A stretch of 63,872 nt of DNA, filler included, from Collodictyon triciliatum (lineage: Eukaryota), in assembly GCA_043381765.1 (NCBI GenBank). It is 9 parts of 9 records of this genome, joined end to end, with 100 filler letters (N's around TTAATTAATTAA, not from the genome) between each part and the next. Parts side by side here need not be neighbours in the genome. Positions count along the whole stretch, not along the records: positions 14,072 to 21,006 come from JBHJMP010004154.1; positions 21,107 to 28,040 come from JBHJMP010004155.1; 7 more parts are not named here. One strand, 5' to 3'. Position 1 is the first letter of the stretch. Every line of letters begins with the position of its first letter. Positions 14,389-26,949 of the stretch are shown piece by piece. Under the pieces are notes generated by a model, which searched no databases, was not told the origin of the DNA, and worked only from the letters and a program-made list of their open reading frames with translations. A program made the position numbers and the translations under genes.

Positions 14389-17300
14389 TATTTCGATTCG
14401 CTTCTGGACTTTGGTCACAAACTCTGCTAACTTTATTGGGGAAAAGAAGCAAGAAGCTGGTATTGTATTTCTGTATTTTATTTTTATCCTTTAAAATTCA
14501 AATGTCGTATAGCTATTCATATGTTAACTTTAATTTTCTTTATTTTTCCGCCAGAATACGAGAGAGAGGGACTCCAGGGCCTGCTGAAAATGATTCAGGA
14601 GGGAAACAAGTAATAATTTATTTATGTTTATTTTAATGATTAAATCGAAATTAAAATACTTTGAATCGAAAAAAAATTGATATTAAATTATGTATTATAG
14701 GGACGAAAAGTTTGTCTTTCTCATCGATGCCATCAACCAAATTCACCCGTCGCAAGGAACACCAGCTCCGCATCTGCTGACCTGGTTGCCCAAAGAAACG
14801 CCACCTAACGTTGCCATGGTTGTGTCGACCATTCATACCCATGAATCATGCACGGTATTTAAATTTTATTTTAATTTGTGCTTGCATGCTGGTTAGAATG
14901 ATTTTAAGTGGATTTTTGTTTAATTTATCTATATCACAAGTCTGCCAAGCAAAGTGGACTGGAGCCTATTCCTGTCACCAAGTTGACCGAGGGCGAAATT
15001 AAGGATGGTGTCGAATCATTCCTAATCCGCTATGACAAGACCCTGAGTGAAAAGCAAGTTGGGATGATTCTGGATGACTTTGAAGATACTGGTGAGATAT
15101 TTTCAAGAAGAGTATGTAATTTGATTAAATTTCCATGATATGATTTAGTTACAAATATCTGTTTTTTTCTATAGGCCATCCGCTCTATCTCCGCATCATT
15201 CTCGACGAAATCAGGGTCTTTGGTGTCTATGAGAAGCTTGATGATGAACTGTTCGCACTGCTTTCTACAGATGGTGTCATTGAGCTTTACACTCTCATTA
15301 TCCAGCGTTGGCAACTGAAGTTTGACAGTAAAGGTGAGTATTGATTGTACATATTTCATAAAAAAAAAAAGTACCAATTACAACTGAAACTTTTGTTGAA
15401 TTTTTTCTTTTTTGTACAGTGGCCTCGTCTGATGGAAAAGAGACAACTAAGGTCGATTATGTCTCCCTCTCGATGAAGGTACTCTTTATTTCCCGCATTG
15501 GCCTGAGTGAAGGTGACCTGGACAAGTACATGAAAGATGCGATTGGCACAGGATTCGAGCTTGCTGAATGGTTTGCTTGCTCTTGAATTTCAATAGAATC
15601 AATAGTTTTTAACTTTTTTTTCTTTTCTGTTGTTTATGTATCCATTCAAATAGGAAATCCTTCTTCTTTACCCTCGTCGAGTCGCTCTTCGTGCGTAATG
15701 GAAGGTTGGTGTTATTTCTCAATCTTTTGATTCTTTAATATGATCTTTGTGATAATTTATCTGGATATAATCTTTTTTTTATTCTTCCTTTCAGTTTTGT
15801 GCAGGATGATGGAGATGTTGGATTTGGTTCGCTGGCCATCGTTTGCATGGACGCTATTATTTGGATAAAACTAAAAATTTGTTTATTATAGATATATGTA
15901 CTTCCACCAGCTGCTGTTGGAGACCACCGAAAATGTCTACTTCTCCGATGAGAAAGAGATGGAAAAAACCCACGAAAAGTACGGAAAATGGCTGTTTGGC
16001 CAGTATTCTGAGGCTGCTGACGCGGATGAGGAGCTTGCTGCTGAGATTTGCTACCAGCTTCTGAAGGGCAGTTCGTTTGACTTGCTTGTCGAATACATGA
16101 AGCAAAATCATGTAATTTTTTTATTTTTCTAAATATTTTCAATTATTTTAGTTATGCCAAGATTTTCTCGGATTCATTTCAATATTTTATAGGTTATCAG
16201 TATCATGCTTAGTGGTCGCTATCGCTACGAGTTCTTTACATGCTGGAGAGCAATCAACGCAAGTGGAGCGGCGAACTACAAAGATGTTTATGGAACTTTG
16301 GCAAAGGTAGTAATATTTTTATATTTAATTATTATTTAGTTATAGATTTAGATATATATTTCTACTCACAAAATATATTTATAAATTATGATTTAATTTG
16401 TTTTTTATTTTTCAGTCTTTGGATAAAGTGGGAGACCTGCTTGTTGAATTTTTCTTGGAGTCTTTCGAGAATTCGTTTTTGTTGTCTGTACTGAGTGTGC
16501 GTCTTGGAAAGCATCAAACAGAAGGTATATAAGCTATTGTCTTTTTGAAGAGTTTAAGTCACCAAGGCTAGTTTATATGGTGATATTCAATAATATTAAT
16601 TTATAGATTCAAAGGCTGCTGATTACCTGAATCTTGGTCGTGTCTACAAGAACCTCCAAAAGTGAAAAAAAAAATTAAAAAAATAAATGATTGTTAATTA
16701 GGACATGATGATTAAATCTATGATAATTTCTAAAATACAAATCAATTAAACAGTTGGACTGAGTCCATGGTCTACTATAAGAGATGTCTCAATACAGTTG
16801 AGAAAAATACCGATAATACCTTGCGTATTGCTACCATTCATGAAGAGATGGGAATCATCTACCAGCAACTGGATAAGTAAAACTCGCCAGCCACTTTAAA
16901 TTAAATGTTAAAATTGTTTCAAAAAAGGTGTTCTGATTATTATTTTTACATAGAATTGATGAAGCTCTCGATGAATACAAGAAATCACTGGACTTGAGAG
17001 TCAAACAACTGGGCGAGAACGACTTGCAAGTGGCCCTATCACATGACCGCTTCGGAGACATCTACGTGAAGCAGGCAAAGTAACACTTTTATTAATTTTT
17101 ATTCCTATTTCTTATTCCCGCTTCTTTTTTTTTTTTTGAGATTCTAATGCTGATCGATTTTATCATAGAAATAAGCAAGCTCTGGTTGAATACACAAAGG
17201 CCATGGAAATCCGCCAAAAGAAAGTCGGAAACGAGCATCCCCTTGTCGCAACATCGTATCAGAACTATGGCCATGTATCTCTGTCTGAGGAAAAGTAGCA

Positions 17301-20300
17301 TATTTATTCAATTCAACTGGTTTATAAATTTGGTCATCATTTTTGAGAAATATTAATATTATTGAATCATCAAGGTATGAAGAATCTGTTGAAAACTACG
17401 AAAAAGCGAAATCAATCTTTGAAAAATCGCTGGGAGCTAAGCATGCATCTGTTGCCTCGACAATCCAGTTTATTGCAAACGTTCATCTTGCCAGCGGAAA
17501 GTAAGGATTTCTATTTTTTTTAAATTTTTTTTGCAGAGAATAATTGTTCATTTCAATTTTTTCACGATGTCTTTTGGTTTATATCTTTCATTTGTATGGA
17601 TGCTACTTAGGGGCTGTGTTTTTTGCATACATAATTTTAATTACAAATATATAATTACTTTTATTTTTTATAGGAAAACTGAGGCCATATCCTCACTAAA
17701 GCAATCGCTGGATATTTTCATATCTGCCCTGGGTGAAAATCATCCGAACGTCGTGGCCTGCTATGAGATGATTGGAGACGTCAGCCATGATTTGAAGGAG
17801 TATCTCTTATTATTAATTTAATTTTTAATTGAAAGGGAATTACATTTACTCATACTATCTTAGCTTTAAGGGTGCTCTGGAGGCGTATACGAAGACGCTG
17901 GATATTCGCATGAGAACGTTGGGCGAAAAACATGCAGATTATGCTACTTCCCTTGAAAATGTTGGCAGAACAAATTTTGAACTGAAAAGGTAAATTCCTG
18001 TGTTATTAAAATAAAGTATTTTGATCAAAAACATGTTAAAAATAGCAAAAATAATTATAATATGCATTTAGATTGGACCAGGTCGTTGAGTTCTTCCAGA
18101 AGGCAGCTGCCATCAGAAAGGAGACAAACACTGCTATGTTTTTAAAGGATGGAGCCCAGATAGACAACATTATCGGATTCATGAAGCAAAAATCAGAGAA
18201 TGAAGTACTCATTCAGCTTTACAAAACATTGATTCATTTATTCAGTAAGCTTTACTTCATGGATTATCTTGGAATATGCAACAGCTGTGAGGAAATCGAC
18301 AAGATTTACAAGGAACTGAAGCAGCATAAAGAAGCTGTGGCATTTTGGGCTGAGATGAAAGACAGATTTGCAGATAAACTCGGATGGATTCACTGCAGAA
18401 CATTAAATTCGTGCGAATACTTGTCCGTCCATTCAAATGGAATTGGAATCAACAAAGAGCCTGTCGAGTTTACAAGAGTCAGGAAATTCATCTGTGAAAC
18501 TCTTTATGATGCAAAACTGGATGAGGAATGGAATCGTGAGCAAATCATTACATCATTATTCAGAATTGTCTACATGTCAAAGACTAATGAAACCAAATCA
18601 AAGGCTGCATCTGATGCAATCACACTTTTGAATTTCATGAATGTTTCTTTTGGTGGAATGGATTTATCAAACATCAAAATTCCACATGCAAATCTGAGTA
18701 ATTCAATCCTTGATGGTGCAATCCTCACTGGTGCCAACTTGGATGGTGTTGATTTCACAAATTCGATGCTTGGTGATTGTGTTTTTGATAATGCAAAAAT
18801 GAATAATGTGAAATTCGGATTTCTCCATGATACATTAAATGGAAATGAAGGTAAGGTCTTGAGTATTTGTAGTTTTCAAGGACCGAATGGTGAAAATTGG
18901 TTGGCTTCCGGAAGTGATGATAAAACAATACGTATTTTGAATGTAGCCACAGGAAATCAAATCAAAAAATTAAATGGACATACAAGAGGAGTCACCAGTT
19001 TGCAAGGACCGAATGGTGAAAAATGGTTGGCTTCTGGAAGTGATGATAGAACAATACGTATTTGGGACGTGGCCACAGGAAACCAAATCAAAACATTAAA
19101 TGGCCATGAAGGATACATTAGTAGTGTTTGCAGCATTCAAGGACCGAATGGCGAAAATTGGTTGGCTTCTGGAAGAAATGATGGAACAATACATATTTGG
19201 GATGTAGCGACAGGAAACCAAATCAAAACATTAAATGGACACACAAGTATTGTCAGTAGAGTTTGCAATATCCAAGGACCGAATGGTGAACACTGGCTGG
19301 CTTCTGGAAGTTTTGATAAAACAATACGTATTTGGGATGTGGCCACAGGAAACCAAATCAAAACATTAAAAGGCCATGAAGGATACATTAATAGTGTGTG
19401 CAGTATTCAAGGACCGAATGGTGAAAATAGACTGGCTTCTGGAAGTAATGATAAAATAATATGTATTTGGGATGTAGCTACAGGAAACCAAATCAAAACA
19501 TTAAAAGGCCATGAAGGATACATTAATAGTGTTTGCAGCATTCAAGGACCGAATGGTGAACACTGGCTGGCTTCTGGAAGTAATGATAAAACAATACGTA
19601 TTTGGGATGTAGGCACAGGAAACCAAATCAATAAATGTGAAGGACATACAAGTGCTGTCATGAGTGTTTGCAGTATTCAAGGACCGAATGGTGAAAATTG
19701 GCTGGCTTCTGGAAGTGATGATAAAACAGTGCGCATATGGGATATAGCTTTTAGAAATCAAATTTCTTCCTTACAAAAATCAGCAGTGACATTTATTGAA
19801 GGGAAGAATTTTATTGAAACAGGAAGCCCTCCTGATATTACTGCAACATCCAAAGGAGAGTGTGATAGAACGGACCTAATTGAAACTAGCCATACCAAAA
19901 AAGCCGAAATGGTCAAAGTATATTTTCCAAGAAAGATACAAGGTGGCCATATTCGCCTTGGAAATACCACCGGACTCAGTCACTTTAACAAGTTGCTCTT
20001 ACTTTCAATCGGTGCAGTTTCCTTTGATACCGAGTTTGTAAGGTATTGTGAGCAGGGCAGATTCACTGAATTGCAAGCACTAATGATGACTGATTGCTAC
20101 GAGAATGGATGGGGCGTTGAGAAGGACGATGAGAGGGCAGAATATTGGAGGACGGTTGCACCCCTAAAAGTGTCATTGGATTTCGAGGGATTGAAGCATG
20201 TCGCGAAACAGGGCTCTAAGGAGGCTTTCAATATCTTAAAGGAAATGACCGAGATTAAACTTGATATTCTCAATAGGTATGAAGAAAAAATAGGAGAAAA

Positions 20301-20637
20301 ATACAAGTACCCTGTCGCTGTCTCTATTGTTGCTGAGTGCTATGAGAACGGATGGGGTGTTGAAAAGGACAGTGAATCAGCGGCCTGCTGGGTAGCTTTC
20401 GCTCTTAGGGCGGCTGGAAACTTTGAAAAACTAAAGCAATTAGTACAAAATGGCTCAAAAGAAGCATTCAATACTTTGGTCGAAATGGGTCAAATAGAAG
20501 ATATAGATAGACACGACGGAGTTAACTACATCTACCCACAGGCTATCTCGATTGTTGCTGAATGCTACGAGAATGGATGGTCTGTTGAAAAGGACACCAA
20601 GAAGGCAGCAGACTGGAGATGGAGGAAATCGTATTAA
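14389..20637 (+). CDS. NLR-like STAND protein: NACHT-type NTPase (NPHP3/TEP1-like, 5' truncated) + TPR array + pentapeptide repeats + 7 WD40 + Sel1-like repeats
   Basis: Walker B FVFLIDAINQI, WLPKETPPNVAMVVST, GHPLYLRIILDEIRVFG; 42-aa TPR exons (LGENHPNVVACY, LGEKHADYATSLENVG); terminal exon 18072-20637 with pentapeptide (IPHANLSNSILDGAILTGANL), WD40 and CYENGWGVEKD Sel1-like motifs. Exons join in phase. Confidence 0.85.
15773..15856 (-). mobile_element. Short 5'-truncated LINE 3' end inside an intron
   Basis: TTGTGCAGGATGATGGAGATGTTGGATTTGGTTCGCTGGCCATCGTTTGCATGGACGC matches the LINE 3' regions at ~59980-60040 and ~48390-48450; short A-tail; degenerate TSD TTATCTGGATATAA / TTATTTGGATAAAA. 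Confidence 0.75.
18841..19750 (+). repeat. Seven highly similar ~135-bp WD40 coding repeats
   Basis: 45-aa unit GH...V.S.QGPNGE.WLASGS.D.TIRIWDVATGNQIK; near-identical at the DNA level (unit 2 is three codons shorter). Confidence 0.92.
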
Positions 20638-21433
20638 CCAAGGTAAATATTCGAGATGTTCAAAAATTAATAATTCATTTCATGATAATCACTATTGATG
20701 TAGCTTGTCATTGGATGGATGTCCCCAGCCGACTTAATCGCTTTTTATCTGAGGTCCTCTAAACTTCAACTTAAGAAGTTTCAAAAATAAAACTGAAAAG
20801 AATAAGCCATCTGTGTTTTATTATGTACAATAAATCATTTGTGCATTTAATATATCTTTTTTTTCACTTTTTCTCTTTCTCTTTCTCTTTCTCTTTCTCT
20901 TTCTCTTTCTCTTTCTCTTTCTCTTTCTCTTTCTCTTTCTCTTTCTCTTTCTCTTTCTCTTTCTCTTTCTCTTTCTCTTTCTCTTTCTCTTTCTCTTTCT
21001 CTTTCTNNNNNNNNNNNNNNNNNNNNNNNNNNNNNNNNNNNNNNNNNNNNTTAATTAATTAANNNNNNNNNNNNNNNNNNNNNNNNNNNNNNNNNNNNNN
21101 NNNNNNTTTTTTGTTTTTTTTTTTGTTTTTTTTGTTTTTTGAACTGCCCGTAACGGATCAGGGCTGATTTGCTTCGGATTTCATATTTCCAGATTTTGCC
21201 ACATTTGGTGTTAGATGAAACAGAAGATTTTATGTCATCAATTATGGAATTTATATAATTATGTCAAAATTACCACATTACATGATTTTTTAGACTTTTA
21301 GTGCTATAACTTGCTTATATATTGTAATATTCCATCACTAATGAAGAGTTGTCCACTTACTAATTTAATGCTCGGATTCATGTGGGGTACACTACTCAGG
21401 AAACCATTTCGCCGCTGATTCTGATCAATATCT

Positions 21434-21648
21434 GCTTTTGTGCTTTTGTGCTTTTGAGCTTTTGTGCTTTTGTGCTTTTGTGCTTTTGTGCTTTTGTGCT
21501 TTTCTGATTTTGTGCTTTTGTGCTTCTGTGCTTTTGTGCTTTTGTGCTTTTGTGCTTTTCTGATTTTGTTCTTTTGTGCTTTTCTGATTTTGTGCTTTTG
21601 TGCTTTTGTGCTTTTGTGCTTTTCTGATTTTGTGCTTTTGTGCTTTTG
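21434..21648 (+). repeat. Minisatellite of 8-bp (TTTTGTGC)n with TTTCTGA variants
   Basis: Directly visible tandem array. Confidence 0.9.
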
Positions 21649-22096
21649 GGCTTTGGCGCTTCTCTGCTCCTCGACTCGTTCGTTTGAGGTTTCCCATATT
21701 CTTTTTTATCCTCACACAGACTCAGATTCCTTTCCTTTTCATTCACCAGCGTTCATTCAGCGCCAGGCACATCTTGAACAACTCCGGCTCTACCGTTGAC
21801 ATCCAGAATCAAGTATCATAGACGCTGACTCTGTCCAACGGCAACTTGAATCAAACACGATTTGTTTTGCTGGTGAATTCCGAAAGCAGCTTAGAAGGCA
21901 GCCAACTCTTTTGGTCTCATCCAATCGTTCAACTATGGGCTCTCGCAGCAAACTGCCTGTAATATTTGTTACCCAAATGATAACAACTTTTACTCACTCA
22001 TTATCATCAAGCATTTTTTCCTTGCAAACTTCATTCTACAAATTATTTGCTGGCCTAACACAATATTTATGTCGTTTATATTTTGATGTCTCTTTC

Positions 22097-22142
<46 letters not shown>

Positions 22143-22602
22143 AAGAAACCCCGACTTGCTTCAAACCATCACACATCCCTTTGTATCTAGAATGACCGCG
22201 CCCAGGTTCGCACCAATCTCAGCGACTCTGCGGGGTTTGAGTCTGGTGGCCAAACGCTTCCGTCCATCAACGGATCAAGAAAGGGAGCCACACTTCCTTC
22301 GAGGCCCTCTTCAAAAGCAGGAATTATTGTATAAATTGACTATACAGATTAAACATAATAATCAAAATAATGATTTAAGGAGTCTAATTTTACATCAGAA
22401 TTCTGTAAATCCAAACAAGGACGTCAGGAGGGTAAGGAATGGGTGTAATGGTCCATATGGACGTGACTCAGATATTCATCGGATTTAATTTATACATACA
22501 TCCGTTTTTTTTTCTTCACTCTTGTTTATTTCTTTCTATTTTTGAATGGTTTGTTTTGACTCATGAAAACGCAATCAGGATAAAAGCAGTCGACCATTTG
22601 GG

Positions 22603-24108
22603 ATGCATTCGGGCTTTGACCCTCGTTCGTCTGGCGGATCGAGTAACTCGAACACCAGTAGCCTCCCAAATCCGTTATACGCATCATCATCTTTTTCAAT
22701 GTCGTCATTCTCGAGTAACTCGCAGCCGCAGTCTCCATCTCCCACCCCTTCAAATTACTCCACCTCTTCAACGCCTCAACAAGCAATCCCTCGGCACCAG
22801 CCTTTCATGTTCTCCACGATGATGGACCGAAACAGTCAGGCCGAATCGTTTCGCCCAGTCACCTCAGAAAAGAAACCAGCTTCGCGATTTCATGCACGCT
22901 CCATAGCCCCGAAGATAGAGCGTCTCAGTTTATTCAGAGGTTCGACTTTTTTTTACATATTTCTTTGGTAAAATATCGATATTGCAATTTTATGTTCATT
23001 ATCCCCTTATTTATTCCTCATTATACCCACTAAATTAAATTTTAATCATGGTGATTTTAAATGTGATTGGTCTTCAATCATCTAAATCGTAAAATTTCAT
23101 TTCATCTGTCGATTTCATCCCCTTTTCGCTTAATGTGAACTGCAAAGATGTGCTTGTATCAGACAGACACCTTTTATTCCAAAAAAAGTTGAGACAGTGC
23201 TTTGTGGTCTTTGACTTCACGGACTCAAAGAGTGAGAGACAGGGCAAGGATATCAAGTCTCAAATATTCGAGGACCTTCTAGCATTTATGGAGGAAAACA
23301 CATCAACATATCCCGAGCAAACGTACAGCATCATCGTCCAAATGGTTTTTTTTTTTTATTACTCCATTATTTTTTGCCGTAAATAGTAAACAAGCATAAT
23401 ACGGGCGAACGGAATAATCCCGAATCAATAACGTAACAAAAAAGAAGAGGAATGCGACACAATTCATCCATCTCAGTAATGACATTTGTAGACAAGTTTG
23501 AACCTTTTCCGACCGCTATCGACTGCCACTGATTTTTATCAAGAGACTTATGAGATACAAGAGGAAGTTCCCATATTTGATGTCGCTTGGCCCCATATAA
23601 ACGTGTGTTCTTTTTCTTTATAAACTTCATAGCTTATCTTTCTTTCAATCATTTCCAATATAATTCCGTCTTAATCGAATCCTTAACCTTGTAGCTAGTC
23701 TATACTCTCTTATTAAAGTTCCTGGACATACCTCAATTCGATCACGAGTTTGCCAAAAAGGCTTTTGATGGAGGATTCTCATCCCAGGTTTCTTTTCGAC
23801 TCCCCATTATCCATGTGTTATTTCAAAGAAAGCGATGGAATACAAATGCATACTTTTTTTTTTTACTCATACCTGAAAACATGCATACTTTAATGTGACA
23901 TGCCTATGCAAGTAGTTGCATTTCATATTCTCTTAAATTCAGTTCGTCGATCTTTTTGAGAGTAGAGACCCCAGAGAACGAGATTATGTAAAGAAGATGC
24001 TTTACAAGCTTTACGCAAAGGTTATTTTCATTTCATTTTCTGAACGCTGGTTTAATTGACATCACAAATTTTAATATGCCTATGTGGACTTATGTTAACC
24101 CAGATTCT

Positions 24109-24195
<87 letters not shown>

Positions 24196-26352
24196 GCCGC
24201 TAACCAGAGGTCCAATACGTAAGGCCATTGCAAACTCTATTCTAAAGTTTACATACGAAACGGAGAAAAATCCTGGAATGAATGAGATGCTAGATATCCT
24301 TGGGAGGTTTGTATCCGTCTATATATCTACTGTATTGTCAACTTTCCAGGGTTATTTAAAGATTTTTTCCCCTAATTCGATTCAAAGAGGGTCATTTTAA
24401 GATTTTGAACTCATAATCAAAATATAAATAAATTGAAATGTGAAATATGAAATTATAACATTGTAGCCATTAACTTAAAGGGATTCAAATAGTCGTATTT
24501 AACGCGATTTAATTCACTTAACCATGTTCTTCCAGCATTATCAACGGGTTGTCTCTTCCCTTGAAAGACGAGCATGTGTTATTTTTTGAGAAAGTCCTTC
24601 TTTCATTACTGAAGCCAAAAGGATACATTCTCTACTCACAGAAGCTGAATATGTGCATACGTTCCTTCATTTCAAAAGATATAACGCTGGCTCTCGAGGT
24701 AGCAAAACCAAGGAATTTTTTCTTTCGATGGCTTCATTTTGACGCTGTCTCTAATTATTTAAAATGATAAATTTTTTTATCAAAACATTTTCTATTTCTC
24801 TTCCCGATTGCTCGCATCATAGACAATTTTATCTATCATCCGTTACTGGCCAATTTCCAATTCCATGAAGGAAGTCAAGTTCCTTGACTTGATTGAAGAG
24901 GTTCTATAATATACAATTTAAAAAATAAAACTTAATTTGTTTGGTCTCTTAACTATGATAGGAATTCTGTTTATCACGAGTTTATTCCTGATTTATTTTA
25001 TGGTGGGGTACTGGAGAATGAAACTGCCTACTTCTTTTCTTTTCTTTCCTTTCGCCTTTAATAGAACCTGGATAAAATTGACTCCAATGCATTTTCTTCT
25101 GTTGCCGGGCCCCTTTTCAAAAGAATAGCAAAGTGCATAGAGTCAGGGAACTACATCGTATTTTCTCACTATTCGATTCACATTTATTAGATGAAATGCT
25201 TGTTATTGATAATGGAAAATCCTTTGTGTTTTATATCCCCGCCGTCAGATGCATATCTTTTCAATAAAATAAATCACCCTTGCAGGTGGCAGAAAAATCT
25301 CTGTTCCTCTGGAATGAGGAAAAGATTCTTGGAACCATAACAGACCACCGGATAACGATATTACCCATAGTTTTCAAATCGTTGATGACCAATATTAAAT
25401 ACCACTGGGACAAGTTCGTTTTGTGTCCAGCCATTCATATAAATAGTCCAATATTTTGCAACTGATACATTGTTGAAGAAATATTATGATTTCATCCAAA
25501 AATAATACAAATAGTTACATAAAAAGCTACAGCAGTCATGTACTGGCATTTTTCTTGGCTATCGACGAGTATCTATTTCGCGAATGTCATGCAAAATATC
25601 TCCAAGATTTGGAAAAGTTTTTTTCCCCCAATATTTTCTTCAAGCTTTTTTGTTTTTGTTTTTGTTGATCTTAAGGCATTTGTAGTCCTATTTGTTTAAT
25701 GATGTACACGCTAATAGTCTCGTTTTGGTATCGTGACATAAGTTTTTCTTTGGTAATAAAAATTTCCATGATTATGATAACTCAGGGACCCGTTCAAAGA
25801 AGAAAAAAGAATAGAGAAATGGAAGCGGATTGAATTACTGTGTCGACAAAATCCCCAAAATCAAGAGAAATGCCAAAATGTACTTTCCCAACTCCTGCCG
25901 CTCACTGCCTTCGTCGAACCAGTTCCAGGTTGCTAACCATCCCAGTTCTTATGGGGATTTATTAATTCCTTCTTTTTATGCTCTGTAACCTATGAAGCAA
26001 TTTGAAGTACGTCAACTTACAAAATGATACGGAAAATATCGCAGTACGATACCGGGCTCAGTATGATGACATCACACAGTTGGTTAAAAAGGTAACCATC
26101 TGATGCATGACGGAATATCTCTTCTTTTTTTCTGTTTTGTAAATAATATTACGAATTGATGAAAGGGGATACCAGAAAAAGCGTTTTACTTCTTTCTTTC
26201 ATATAATGTTCGTTTTCTTCGATCAGATTATGGGCACTGTTCTACAACCTGTACGAGAAAAAAGGAATCGGTCGCCTCTGCCTCAAAACCCTCAGATTAT
26301 TCAAAAACTAAAGATGCATCAGGAGTTGAACCCGGAAACGGAGGATGATTGA
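22603..26352 (+). CDS. PPP2R5: Protein phosphatase 2A regulatory subunit B' (B56)
   Basis: LFQKKLRQCFVVFDF, NLFRPL, AWPHINLVY, FESRDPRERDY, ETEKNPGMNEMLDILGSIING, YWPISNSMKEVKFL, VAEKSLFLWNEE; start codon uncertain. Confidence 0.9.
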
Positions 26353-26756
26353 ATATTCTCCTCAAGCTCTCCAGATAATAAGGACAGTGGCAGAGATATT
26401 CTGACATCGCTAAGTGGTTGCCAAATGTTGCTGTGTGTTGTTCGATTGTATTGTATGAAGTACCAAAACCCTAGTTTCTTTTTAATTTTCTGTGGAACTT
26501 GAGCATACGTTCTAATTTTTTTACCTTTCATACCAGCATACTGGATATTCTCCCCCTTCATTTATGTAGGTGGAGGTCGAAGTATCTTTCCAAAAAGTTT
26601 CTTTCATCTTCATCTTTAACCAATCTAGTTATTGACTAAAATTAGAGAAATAAAAGGGTTAGTGTGATGTACTTATCTCAGTGTATTCCATTTTCGGTAT
26701 GTTGATGAAACTATATTCGAATCTGAATTATCATTTTTCAACACAATAACAAAGAA

Positions 26757-26948
26757 ACAAAACAAAACAAAACAAAACAAAACAAAACAAAACAAAACAA
26801 AACAAAACAAAACAAAACAAAACAAAACAAAACAAAACAAAACAAAGAAACAAAGAAACAAAGAAACAAAGAAACAAAGAAACAAAGAAACAAAGAAACA
26901 AAGAAACAAAGAAACAAAGAAACAAAGAAACAAAAAAAACAAAGAAAC
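26757..26948 (+). repeat. (AAAAC)n / (AAAGAAAC)n compound microsatellite abutting the LINE 5' region
   Basis: Directly visible. Confidence 0.9.
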
Positions 26949-26949
26949 A

